Sequence record: NC_052655.1
Reading direction: 5' to 3' (one strand)
Source of the DNA: Escherichia phage alia
Length of the DNA stretch: 64,000 bases
Positions 38,731 to 47,521 of this stretch are shown here, piece by piece (position 1 is the first letter of the stretch; every line of letters begins with the position of its first letter). The notes under the pieces were generated by a model. It did not search any database. It saw only the letters and a list, made by a program, of their open reading frames with translations, and was not told the origin of the DNA. Position numbers and translations under genes: made by a program.

Positions 38731-38997
38731 TTAATCCCCTTCATATTTAGGTAAAGGCATATATGCCACAATGGGAGGGTAATCAAAGTGAAAATGATGG
38801 TTCACCACAATAATCTTACCAGACATACTTTTATGCACTTCACAATACCCTTTTTCACCATCTTCCATTACCACCACATACTCACCTAGTGGAATATCGT
38901 ATGGATCTTCTACTTTTACCCATTCTGTCATTTTGTAAACTCCTCGTAGTAAGGTAAAGCCTTGATTAGTTGTTCTGAAGTGCCATTTTGCACCCAC
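38731..38997 (-). CDS. hypothetical protein
   Basis: 88-aa ORF. Confidence 0.4.
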   Translation of the reverse strand: MGAKWHFRTTNQGFTLLRGVYKMTEWVKVEDPYDIPLGEYVVVMEDGEKGYCEVHKSMSGKIIVVNHHFHFDYPPIVAYMPLPKYEGD

Positions 38998-39095
38998 GTA
39001 ACACCATTGTCAACAGAAACATACCCTTTTTTGTCAATAAATTTACGCAGACAGCCAGTGAACTTATTTTTGTAGATAGCCATGTTTACTCCTTG

Positions 39096-39452
39096 TTACA
39101 TCCACAGATTATGAAAATACTTAGCAAACAAAATGCGACCTTCTAAACGATCTTGCCGCTGTTTTTCATTAACCTCTTCTGGTGGAGTTGAGTCCTTAAA
39201 AGAAGACTCCATTTTTTCAAGAATTTCTAACCAGTGTTCTGTTGCTCGTTCTTCCATGTAAGGTAGATAGTCACCTTTAGCGTGTGGGTACATCCGACGA
39301 AGTAACCCACTAGGAATTTTAACATTGTTTGTGGCTATCACTTTTGCACGATATGTAGAAAGTGCATTGTAGATCAGTTTACTTAGTGTCACATCTAAGT
39401 CAAGAAGATCACTCTCTTCAAATTGAATTTCATCGTGTACAATTTTCATCAT
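39096..39452 (-). CDS. hypothetical protein
   Basis: 118-aa ORF. Confidence 0.4.
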   Translation of the reverse strand: MMKIVHDEIQFEESDLLDLDVTLSKLIYNALSTYRAKVIATNNVKIPSGLLRRMYPHAKGDYLPYMEERATEHWLEILEKMESSFKDSTPPEEVNEKQRQDRLEGRILFAKYFHNLWM

Positions 39453-39733
39453 GCTTTCTCCCGATCTGCCTCTAATTTCAATAAGAAAGCTGTATACTCT
39501 TCCGAGCCTTGATGTAAAAACATGCGATAAGAGCTTACTAGTTTCTTCGTTGTCGTATAACGTTCCATTTCCCCAACAACACCTCCACCCAAGGTGTAGA
39601 GCACAACACCCTCAAAACCAACATGAGTTACTACTTCAATCAAATCTGTGTTATCCCAATGGTAGTTAGGTGACACAATAAGATCGCCAACTGCCAATTT
39701 AATGTTTGCTGCTTCGTTTTGTGAATAATACAC
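39449..39733 (-). CDS. hypothetical protein
   Basis: 94 aa; start/stop overlap with neighbour. Confidence 0.4.
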   Translation of the reverse strand: MYYSQNEAANIKLAVGDLIVSPNYHWDNTDLIEVVTHVGFEGVVLYTLGGGVVGEMERYTTTKKLVSSYRMFLHQGSEEYTAFLLKLEADREKA

Positions 39734-39745
39734 TTGGTTCTCCTC

Positions 39746-40036
39746 TCACATTAAAACACGTTTTGCATTGCTTGGTGCATTGTCGAACATGTTTATCACT
39801 TTGTCAAGTTTGTGTATTAACTCGTTCGTAATGTTCCACTCTTTGTATGATCTCCATTGTTTCTTATTCTCACCTACCTGGTGTAAAACTTTGATGGGTG
39901 CATTCAAACGTACATTGCGTTCTTTGTCCTCTTCAAAAGAGGCTAACCATTTTTCGTTATGCCCATGAACAGCAATAATAATGCCAAAACCATCAAAAGT
40001 TTCTGTAATATTCTTAGTTGCTAGTGTGATGTTCAT
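39746..40036 (-). CDS. hypothetical protein (first gene of the minus-strand block)
   Basis: 96-aa ORF at the strand-switch point. Confidence 0.4.
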   Translation of the reverse strand: MNITLATKNITETFDGFGIIIAVHGHNEKWLASFEEDKERNVRLNAPIKVLHQVGENKKQWRSYKEWNITNELIHKLDKVINMFDNAPSNAKRVLM

Positions 40037-40155
40037 ATCTAACCTCTTTTGTTACGATGCACACAGAGTACCAGAAATTAATTTCAGATCAAGTATTGAC
40101 ATACTGTTTTATTGTGCTAATCTTAATGTATACACAAATGAGAGGAGATAAACGA
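40037..40155. promoter_or_regulatory. divergent intergenic region (strand switch)
   Basis: About 120 bp separating the divergent gene blocks; contains TTGACA near 40095 and a GAGGAG RBS before the plus-strand ATG. Confidence 0.4.
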
Positions 40156-40707
40156 ATGCAAAACATCGATCTTACTTGGATAGAAGCCAAAGAAGCAATG
40201 TTAAAAGGCAAACGCGTTAAACATAAATACTTTTGCGAAGGAGAATGGTTTGAAATGCGTAACCGATCCATTGTAGATGAAAAAGGGAATGACATGCAAC
40301 AATGGTTCAAAAATGAAATTTGGCAGGGAACAGGTTGGTCTGTAGTTGAAGAGCAGCCTAGCTCAAGCGCACTGTTTAGCCCTATTATGTATCGCGTTAT
40401 CGGTGCTTTAGTTGTTGATCACGGGATTGCAGTGGAAAAAGAATGCTGGGAAGAGGTATCTTTTTTCAACCTGGCTTCTTATGCAAAAAGCCATATGCAC
40501 TTGTTTGAAGAAGGGGATGAATTTGTTCTTCGTATGCGATATGGCAAAGAATTCAGATTACCACTTGATAATGATGTAGACACTGTTGTAAAATGGTTAG
40601 CAGAGCATTACGCTTACGATGCAATTTGTGGTCGCAGCTTCGGCAACGAACGCTGGGACATGATTTGTGAAAAATATGATTTTGAGCCGGAGTACGGAGT
40701 TTTATAA
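40156..40707 (+). CDS. hypothetical protein
   Basis: Start set at 'MQNIDL' with a GAGGAG RBS (track start 40057 is in the same frame). Confidence 0.45.
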   Translation: MQNIDLTWIEAKEAMLKGKRVKHKYFCEGEWFEMRNRSIVDEKGNDMQQWFKNEIWQGTGWSVVEEQPSSSALFSPIMYRVIGALVVDHGIAVEKECWEEVSFFNLASYAKSHMHLFEEGDEFVLRMRYGKEFRLPLDNDVDTVVKWLAEHYAYDAICGRSFGNERWDMICEKYDFEPEYGVL

Positions 40708-40958
40708 TGTTAAGTATCAAACCTAAAATGATAACAGAAGACGAAGCAGACTTTATTTTCAAATGTGGACGTGTATGGAGAGAATTCACAAAAGGGAATG
40801 AAGTGGTTGTTGTTGTCGAACACAAGATATCTATCCAGGATCTGTTTGGACAATATGTTGATGTTATTAAATTAGGTATTGACAAGGGTTTAGTTGAGGT
40901 GTTAACATTAGATCAAGTTGAAGCAGAGCACCTCGATAAAGTGGTGGTTGAATTTTAA
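40707..40958 (+). CDS. hypothetical protein
   Basis: 83 aa; ATG overlaps the upstream stop. Confidence 0.45.
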   Translation: MLSIKPKMITEDEADFIFKCGRVWREFTKGNEVVVVVEHKISIQDLFGQYVDVIKLGIDKGLVEVLTLDQVEAEHLDKVVVEF

Positions 40959-40978
40959 AATACAGACGGGAGAAAGGT

Positions 40979-41152
40979 ATGAGTTTCTTTGTTACAGTAT
41001 TTATGGCTATCTGGATTGTAGTCTCACTCGTTCTTTTCCTGGTGGGTTGTCTGGAAGAGATTAAGAAAGCGGTTATTTGCGGTTTCTTTGGCTTTATTAT
41101 CTCTCCTGCCTGGATGTGGTTCTTCATTATGATTGGTTTCCTTAAAAGGTAA
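40979..41152 (+). CDS. hypothetical small membrane protein
   Basis: 57-aa hydrophobic ORF (below track cutoff) with RBS GGGAGAAAGG. Confidence 0.35.
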   Translation: MSFFVTVFMAIWIVVSLVLFLVGCLEEIKKAVICGFFGFIISPAWMWFFIMIGFLKR

Positions 41153-41166
41153 GTGAGGAATAAAGA

Positions 41167-41604
41167 ATGAGTAAAACAAACGCAATTACAGATAAAGCAA
41201 CTGATGTACTTCTGAACATGGTTAACGTCACTATTCAAACAATGAGTGATGTTGTAGAGTTTGGAAAACAACAAATTCCAGAAGTAATTCATCAATTATT
41301 AATGTGGAAAGCAGTATCCGCAGGTTTATGGCAATTTTTTGGTATTTGCTTTATGTTTATTGCTTTTATTGCTGTGCGGAACCTCATAAAAGCAATTAAA
41401 GATAAAGAATGCCTGTGGTCACGAGATCGCTATGGTGGAGTATCTGCTTTGCCTATTGTTGGTCTTGTTGTCTCTGCTTTCTTTTTCCTTTTAGGATTTA
41501 TTATTTTCTTTTCGAATTTCGATTGGCTAAAAATTATTATTGCACCAAAAGTGTATCTGATTGAATTTGCTGCTGATTTAATTCGTTCATCTCAACAAAG
41601 ATAA
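41167..41604 (+). CDS. hypothetical membrane protein
   Basis: 145 aa with hydrophobic helices. Confidence 0.45.
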   Translation: MSKTNAITDKATDVLLNMVNVTIQTMSDVVEFGKQQIPEVIHQLLMWKAVSAGLWQFFGICFMFIAFIAVRNLIKAIKDKECLWSRDRYGGVSALPIVGLVVSAFFFLLGFIIFFSNFDWLKIIIAPKVYLIEFAADLIRSSQQR

Positions 41605-41616
41605 AAAGGGGTTAAA

Positions 41617-42744
41617 ATGAAATACACTATTTATGGTGATATTGTAAGTGTAAATAAAGATATGGGCGTGGAATCTAACTATCTTCCACCTGGATTCTAT
41701 ACTGTTAGTCGTGATCCCCTTGGCAATTACTTTTTAAGCCGTGGTAATCTAACAGGTGTACCGGATGTTCTGTATGGTGAAACAGAAAAACGAGCAAATC
41801 ACGTTATTCGTACATTCCATCGCCGGAGTGCACAAGGTAAAAATACAGGTTTGCTCCTGACAGGAACTAAGGGCAGTGGTAAAACTATGTTAGCCAAACT
41901 CATTAGTCGTGACCTTGTAGAAGAAGGTATTCCAACTATTATGGTTACTCAAGCCTACAGTGATGCTAATTTCATTGAACTTATTAGCAAGATCACCGAC
42001 AAAGCAGTGATTATTTTTGACGAATTTGATAAAGTATATGAGAAGAAACAAGATCAAGAAGCACTTCTCACTTTGTTAGATGGTACTGGCAGTGGTAATA
42101 AACTGTTTATTCTAACTAAAAACAGTGGCTTTATCTCTGAATTCTTTCTAAATCGTCCTAGTCGTGTGTTTTATAATTTTAATTATGATAAAATCTCACT
42201 AGAAACTATGATTGACTATTTAGATAAAAACCTGGATAACAAAGCACACTTTGATAATTTCCAAAGACTTTGGGATGTAAGTTTAGAGTTGTCCTTTGAT
42301 GTGATCCAAGGTATAGTAGAAGAACTTAATTTCTACCCTGATTTATCCTTTAAAGAATGCATCTCTATGATGGGCGTTTCTTTAGGTGGTGGTAATAAAT
42401 GGGATATTAGCAGTGTTGTTATTAATGGAAAACTTCAGAAAGTTAGCTGGGTATCTAGTTGGCATAACTTCACACCTGCAATCTTTTTAGGTGGTTCGTG
42501 CACACTGGACGTGTACTTGTCATCTCCAAGTGATGCAGACTCTAAAGAAGCCCTTGCTAATAGCTCTTACGTGGTTTTTGATGATGAAGGCGATGCTCGA
42601 ATTCCATTGAATGCGACAAAAATGAAAGCAGATCTTATTACAGGCGGTAAAATCGTTGTGTTTAGTGATGATCCAGAAGATTCTTTCCGTATTGTTCTGG
42701 AACCAACTATCACCAATGGTGCAACTTTGGCAAGTGTGTTTTAA
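41617..42744 (+). CDS. P-loop NTPase (AAA-like), paralog B
   Basis: Walker A 'GTKGSGKT', Walker B 'VIIFDEFD'; collinear similarity to 26476-27636 ('LLTLLDG', 'NRPSR.FY', 'DVIQ.IVEELN'). Confidence 0.7.
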   Translation: MKYTIYGDIVSVNKDMGVESNYLPPGFYTVSRDPLGNYFLSRGNLTGVPDVLYGETEKRANHVIRTFHRRSAQGKNTGLLLTGTKGSGKTMLAKLISRDLVEEGIPTIMVTQAYSDANFIELISKITDKAVIIFDEFDKVYEKKQDQEALLTLLDGTGSGNKLFILTKNSGFISEFFLNRPSRVFYNFNYDKISLETMIDYLDKNLDNKAHFDNFQRLWDVSLELSFDVIQGIVEELNFYPDLSFKECISMMGVSLGGGNKWDISSVVINGKLQKVSWVSSWHNFTPAIFLGGSCTLDVYLSSPSDADSKEALANSSYVVFDDEGDARIPLNATKMKADLITGGKIVVFSDDPEDSFRIVLEPTITNGATLASVF

Positions 42745-42763
42745 GTAAGCCAGCAAATAAAAA

Positions 42764-42783
42764 CCCGCTCCGGCGGGTTTTCT
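42764..42783 (+). terminator. intrinsic terminator hairpin (CCCGC-tccg-GCGGG-TTTTC)
   Basis: GC stem plus T-run 20 nt after the ATPase stop. Confidence 0.55.
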
Positions 42784-42818
42784 TGTATTGATGCCAGATT
42801 TAATAAGAGGAGTAATAG

Positions 42819-44216
42819 ATGACAGCACCAAAATCATGGGAACAATATAAAGAAGAATTAACACCCCTTGCTAAAAATCACAATATTCAAATCCTGGGTT
42901 ATGTTGGGGAATGGAAAGGGAGCAAGACTAAACTTAAACTATCTTGCCCTGATCATGGAGAGTGGGAAAGTACCGTAATCACTAACTTTAAAACTAGAGG
43001 CGGTAAATGTTGCCCCGATTGCAATGGTCATAGAAAAGTAACAGAAGAAAAGGAATGTATTTCCCTTGTTGATGTTGCTAAAGAAAGAGGGTTTACTTTT
43101 ATAGGTCTTGCCGAGGAGTGGCGAGGTGTACGAACAAAAATTCGCATAATTTGCCCTAAACATGGAGAGTGGAACACCACAAATATTATTAGTTTTAGGA
43201 ATGGACATGGTTGTCCGACATGTGCAAGTAATAAGCCGTTAACATGGGAAACAGAATTACCGATCTTGGAAGAGATAGCACAGAAGAAGGGGTATCAAGT
43301 GTTAGGGTACGTTGGAGAATGGAAAAGAAATAAAACAAAACTTGATTTGTTGTGTCATTGTGGTTATAAATGGGATACTACAAGTATTAACAGTTTTAAA
43401 CGTGGTAGTGGTTGTCCTTTATGTGGGTATAAGAATACAGGTAAGTCACAAACAATATCCGACGATCAACATATTGCAGATTTCTTTTCTACTGGTGTCT
43501 TCCCTGAAGGCACTATCTTCACTAACACAGGAGCACGGGGGAAAGGATGTGGGCATATTATCTGGATGGTTGAATGTCCTGTTTGCTCTCATGATGAATA
43601 TGTTCAAGCAGGTGTTTGCGATGGTAAATTTTACTCTAAAGGATATAACCTTAAACGAGGACACATGCCGTGTCGTTGTGGAAACTATCATTATACAGAA
43701 GACCAGATCACCTACAAAGTGAGAAAGGAAGTAGAGAGTAAAGGGTATATTTGGGTAGGATGGATCAGTAAACCTAGTGCAAAAGGCAAGTTTAAATATT
43801 GGTGCAATAAACACGGGGAGCAAATTGGAAATGCTGATAGTTTGATACATAGGGGAGCTGGGTGTCCACAGTGTGCTGGTCATAGTCAACAGCAATTATA
43901 TATTAATATTGTTAAAGATAATGATATTATAGTTGCTCTTAAGTTTGGTATAGCTAAAGATAGCGATAGACGATTAAACCGTCAAAATAACCATAATATG
44001 TTTTTTATGGAGCGTATTTGTTTATATGATTTTAGTACAACGAAACAGTGTAAGGCTGCTGAAAGAGCTATAAAGAAAAAATTAAAAACTGGTATCTTAA
44101 CAGCAAGAGAGTTGAAAGACGGTTATACAGAAACAGTAAGTGTTTCTGATTTGGAAAATCTTCAAAAAATTATTACACAATATGGTGGCAAATTAGTATA
44201 TAGTAAGGAGGTGTAA
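42819..44216 (+). CDS. Zn-ribbon repeat protein, possible GIY-YIG/T5orf172-like C-terminal domain
   Basis: Four to five tandem ~45-aa repeats of the form 'GYVGEWKG.KTKL.L.CP.HGEW......F..G.GCP.C'; C-terminus 'ALKFGIAKDSDRRLNRQ'; GAGGAG RBS. Confidence 0.45.
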   Translation: MTAPKSWEQYKEELTPLAKNHNIQILGYVGEWKGSKTKLKLSCPDHGEWESTVITNFKTRGGKCCPDCNGHRKVTEEKECISLVDVAKERGFTFIGLAEEWRGVRTKIRIICPKHGEWNTTNIISFRNGHGCPTCASNKPLTWETELPILEEIAQKKGYQVLGYVGEWKRNKTKLDLLCHCGYKWDTTSINSFKRGSGCPLCGYKNTGKSQTISDDQHIADFFSTGVFPEGTIFTNTGARGKGCGHIIWMVECPVCSHDEYVQAGVCDGKFYSKGYNLKRGHMPCRCGNYHYTEDQITYKVRKEVESKGYIWVGWISKPSAKGKFKYWCNKHGEQIGNADSLIHRGAGCPQCAGHSQQQLYINIVKDNDIIVALKFGIAKDSDRRLNRQNNHNMFFMERICLYDFSTTKQCKAAERAIKKKLKTGILTARELKDGYTETVSVSDLENLQKIITQYGGKLVYSKEV

Positions 44217-44768
44217 ATGCGGATTACTGACAAGTATGTATTCTTCTTCTCAGCAAAAGATGAATTTAGCAACTGGTATCTATCATCTTTTATTGAACCT
44301 TTAGCACCCAAGTATAATAATTCTATTACAAATTCTGTTGAATTTACTTGTGTGGAACAATATATGATGTGGAGAAAAGCATGTTTATTTTATGATTACA
44401 ACATTGCATCCTCTATTTTAACCGGAGATCTAAGATATACAGGAGAAAAAGAACAAGCATATTATAAACGACTAGGCAGATTAGTTAAAGATTATGATGA
44501 AGATACCTGGACTTCTTTACGGGAGAAGATTGTCAAGCGTGGTTTGTATCTTAAATACACACAAAATGAAGATCTCAAAAATAAACTTATCGCTTACGCA
44601 GATAAGGAGTTTGTAGAAGCAAGCCCTTATGATTCTATTTATGGTATCAAAATGGGGATGTGGGATCGGGACGTGGAAAATAAGGATTGTTGGAAAGGAC
44701 AAAATCTTTTAGGAAAATGGCATACAGACCTTGCTGTTTATCTAAAAGCACAATCTGATATTTCCTGA
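44217..44768 (+). CDS. NADAR/YbiA-family protein
   Basis: 'FFFSAKDEFSNWYLS', 'EQYMMWRKACLF', 'LGRLVKDYDEDTW', 'KYTQNEDLKNKLI', 'FVEASPYDSIYGIKMG' follow the YbiA/DUF1768 pattern. Confidence 0.65.
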   Translation: MRITDKYVFFFSAKDEFSNWYLSSFIEPLAPKYNNSITNSVEFTCVEQYMMWRKACLFYDYNIASSILTGDLRYTGEKEQAYYKRLGRLVKDYDEDTWTSLREKIVKRGLYLKYTQNEDLKNKLIAYADKEFVEASPYDSIYGIKMGMWDRDVENKDCWKGQNLLGKWHTDLAVYLKAQSDIS

Positions 44769-44983
44769 TATTTTGAAAATTTTTATTTCTATAAAAAGGG
44801 GTGTGGGTTTCATGTACGGAAATTCACCCTCTGCACAGTATATCCAGAGTAAGTAGTATTCTGTACTCTGTTAATAAAGTATTTAATTTGTTTGTTGGAT
44901 TATGGTAGCTGATCTTTAAAAGGCATACTATCTCTTAACTACTACTTATAACAGAACAGTAAAATCGTTTTTATAAAAAGGAC

Positions 44984-45191
44984 AAAATTATTTAAAGTTT
45001 TTACAGATTTTTGGATACAAATTTTGAAAATGAAAAGTTCAAGTTTGGTCAAAATTATTTAAAGTTTTTGTACGTATTTCTATCCAGATTTTGAAAATGA
45101 AAACTTCAATTTTTTAAAAATTCCCCAGTTTATTTAAAGTTTTTTTGCCTTTTTCCGTAGAAAAATCAAAAATGAAAAGTTCAATTTCGTG
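44984..45191. repeat. three tandem ~67-bp direct repeats
   Basis: Units starting near 44984, 45051 and 45129, each '(A)AAATTATTTAAAGTTTTT-(N20-30)-GAAAATGAAAA(G/C)TTCAA'; AT-rich, non-coding. Confidence 0.7.
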
Positions 45192-45208
45192 TTTTTATAG
45201 GTATGCGT

Positions 45209-45319
45209 ATGATAATCATTCTCATTTGTAAATGAGAATCATTATCATTTAATTATGTAAGTGATAATCATTCTCAGTAAGAGAATGAGAATCATTAGCA
45301 AATGAGAATTTTCTCATTT
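45209..45319. promoter_or_regulatory. cluster of three Fur-box-like palindromes
   Basis: 'TGATAATCATTCTCATTTG-TA-AATGAGAATCATTATCA', 'GATAATCATTCTCA...GAGAATGAGAATCATTA' and 'AATGAGAA-TT-TTCTCATT'; core GATAATCATT matches the Fur-box half-site. Confidence 0.45.
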
Positions 45320-45580
45320 AGAGAATAACGCGCAGGGGCGGTGTTTGTCTCGCGCTCCCGTGTCCCCTCGCCATACAATAAGAATAGCATAACCAACAAC
45401 AAAAGCAAGCGATTATTTTTATCTTTACATTTCTTTACAAATTTATTTTAGACGAGCTACCGGCGATCAACCTTCCAACCAGTGCCCCCTGGTATGTTAG
45501 CCCCGCCTTTACGCCGTGGGGGTGGCGCTTCCTCTTCTGTATGTAAAACAGTATAAGCCCGATCCCTGGGCTTGTCAAGA

Positions 45581-45847
45581 TTATTTTTTGTTTTCTTGCC
45601 AGGATAGGACACCTAACCAAAAATACATGTCGCCCCGCGCCCCTGGCGGGATCTTGCTTTCCCCGCCGCCACTGCAAGCCCATAGATAACCATTAGCGAA
45701 CGGATCAAAATGATCTATTTCTTCCACCTTATAATCGCCCAGGTTGAGAACGGTTTCAACCTTTAAGCCCGTTGCGCTTGCTACCTGGTGCACCGTGCCG
45801 CCTTGCCAGCCCAATGAGTGCATGAGATGTAAAGGAGTATTTGTCAT
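45581..45847 (-). CDS. candidate small ORF inside a GC-rich island
   Basis: 88-aa ORF ('MTNTPLHLMHSLGWQGGTVHQV...') in a clearly more GC-rich stretch (about 45330-46100); several overlapping minus-strand ORFs make the coding call uncertain. Confidence 0.3.
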   Translation of the reverse strand: MTNTPLHLMHSLGWQGGTVHQVASATGLKVETVLNLGDYKVEEIDHFDPFANGYLWACSGGGESKIPPGARGDMYFWLGVLSWQENKK

Positions 45848-46217
45848 GGTATCGCCCTTTCTTTGATGTGCGCCCTGGTTGGCGCGGTAGAAAGATAATA
45901 GCCGTTTCCTTTATAGATAGCAAGCAAAAAAGAAATGAAAAAAGATTAAAAAAATGGTTGACGTTCCTCACCTGGTAGCGTAGTATTCATCTTGTCGAGG
46001 GGGGCGAGGCACAACGACAATAAACAAAAGGAGGGCGCAATGTAGGACGGGCAAAGGTGAGGATCTCCACAATCCACCGTCACAATAACATTACTTATAA
46101 AAGGTTGATAACGATGATCAAGAAAGAAAACAGCTTGACGGTTGGAACGATTAACGCTATCATTCTTGCCGTTCCATTTTGGGTTGTAGTAGCGGTTATT
46201 ATTTTTAAAAAATATTC

Positions 46218-46275
46218 TTGACAACGTTTTTTAATCTGATAAGATGTATCACATAGGGCGGCAATAGTGCCGCTC
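46218..46275 (+). promoter_or_regulatory. promoter + 5' stem-loop module
   Basis: TTGACA-N16-TAAGAT followed by 'CACATAGGGCGGCAATAGTGCCGCTC' (stem GCGGCA/TGCCGC), 22 nt upstream of the ATG. Confidence 0.6.
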
Positions 46276-46297
46276 ATAACAGAAGAGAGAAATAATC

Positions 46298-46570
46298 ATG
46301 GCATCATATAGCGCATCAATGATTGTAATGGGTATCACTGGTAAACCTATGCGCGGTGGCGGATCTTTCGCTAATATTAATATTGATGGACGTTTATCCC
46401 TGGACGCAGCGATCACAGTGGCACGGGAAACGTTTAAAAAAGAATGTAATTTCAATAAACAAGATTATCTCGGCTTCGTTATTGAAAAAACCGCGCGCTT
46501 TGTTGATTATAAAAGCCCGAAAATGATCGACACTACACTAAAGGCGCAAGATGTAGCTTTTTTGCTTTAA
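46298..46570 (+). CDS. hypothetical small protein (cassette gene)
   Basis: 90 aa; RBS GAGAGA. Confidence 0.5.
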   Translation: MASYSASMIVMGITGKPMRGGGSFANINIDGRLSLDAAITVARETFKKECNFNKQDYLGFVIEKTARFVDYKSPKMIDTTLKAQDVAFLL

Positions 46571-46573
46571 GGC

Positions 46574-46633
46574 TTGACACTGAAAAATAATTTGGTAATA
46601 TATACCACATAAGGCGGGAAATGGTTTCCCGCC
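46574..46633 (+). promoter_or_regulatory. promoter + 5' stem-loop module
   Basis: TTGACA-N17-AATATA followed by 'GGCGGGAAATGGTTTCCCGCC' (9-bp stem). Confidence 0.6.
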
Positions 46634-46658
46634 AGGCCATCAAAGAAAGGGTAACACA

Positions 46659-47021
46659 ATGAGCAAGCAAATCAATACTATCATGTTAAACCTGGTATCT
46701 TTCCGCGACGACGTGAAAAATCTTCCACGTGATGCAGTGGATGCACGGATCGAAAGCTATCGCTCACAGATCGCAACGCTACCGCTAAAACGTGATCAAC
46801 ATGCCGCTAATATGATGCTTAATGCTATGCTTAAAAAGATGATTCAATGTGATCTTACTCTGGCTTATGAATATGCTGGCGATCTTTTTGTAACATATAA
46901 CAAGCCCGTTCCAGGTATGAGCACCACGGAAGAATTGCATGCCTTAAATCTGCGACAAGATGCATGGGATAACATGCGCCGTGTTATGGTATGGGTAGAA
47001 AGCGGTAAAATTTACGAATAA
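46659..47021 (+). CDS. hypothetical small protein (cassette gene)
   Basis: 120 aa; RBS AAAGGG. Confidence 0.5.
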   Translation: MSKQINTIMLNLVSFRDDVKNLPRDAVDARIESYRSQIATLPLKRDQHAANMMLNAMLKKMIQCDLTLAYEYAGDLFVTYNKPVPGMSTTEELHALNLRQDAWDNMRRVMVWVESGKIYE

Positions 47022-47027
47022 AAACGG

Positions 47028-47080
47028 TTGACATTGCACTAAAACCTGATAAGCTATCTTAAAGCGGGAATAGTTCCCGC
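47028..47080 (+). promoter_or_regulatory. promoter + 5' stem-loop module
   Basis: TTGACA-N16-TAAGCT followed by 'GCGGGAATAGTTCCCGC'. Confidence 0.55.
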
Positions 47081-47099
47081 TTACATAGGATAAAACTTT

Positions 47100-47246
47100 A
47101 TGAAACAATATGTAATGAGTATTCACACCAAAAACGGCGCTACTGTTACGACTCCGGCACGGTTTGCACTTGTAAACCGTTGCAAGAGACTAAAACGAGA
47201 GCTAAAAAACAACCGTGCAACGGGCTTTAAACGCTGGGGAGGATAA
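47100..47246 (+). CDS. hypothetical small basic protein
   Basis: 48-aa ORF (below track cutoff) directly after the module. Confidence 0.35.
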   Translation: MKQYVMSIHTKNGATVTTPARFALVNRCKRLKRELKNNRATGFKRWGG

Positions 47247-47248
47247 TC

Positions 47249-47521
47249 TTGTTTTTTCTAAAAGTTTTTGATAATGTGATCGCTTTTGAACATGCTGCAA
47301 CGTTCAACCTGGCGAGATACGCTATCAGGTTTAAAGATAATGTTTATCCCCGTGCTGGTGGCGGTTACACTATCTTTAATCATCGTAACGCTCAATTAAC
47401 GGATATAACGAATCCAGATCCTGGAGTGTATCGCATAGGTTGGCTACCGTCAAAAGACGCGGCAAGCATGTTTAAGGTGTGTAAACTACTAACAGAAGAG
47501 GCGAACGAACATGGGGCGTGA
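47249..47521 (+). CDS. hypothetical small protein
   Basis: 90 aa, TTG start, GGAGGA RBS 8 nt upstream. Confidence 0.45.
   Translation: MFFLKVFDNVIAFEHAATFNLARYAIRFKDNVYPRAGGGYTIFNHRNAQLTDITNPDPGVYRIGWLPSKDAASMFKVCKLLTEEANEHGA

Noticed and set aside
44984-45191. Possible CRISPR array suggested by tandem repeats
   Set aside because: The units are about 67 bp, AT-rich, with variable middles rather than a fixed repeat/unique spacer alternation, and no cas genes are nearby.
44769-46217. tRNA genes in the ORF-poor region
   Set aside because: No cloverleaf-compatible segment with a conserved T-loop (GTTCGAATC-like) or D-loop was seen here or in 56163-57940.
45435-46224. Additional overlapping minus-strand ORFs in the GC-rich island (45435-45683, 45756-45971, 45946-46224)
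   Set aside because: They overlap one another in different frames, which is typical of chance ORFs in GC-rich sequence; only the most protein-like one was kept, at low confidence.
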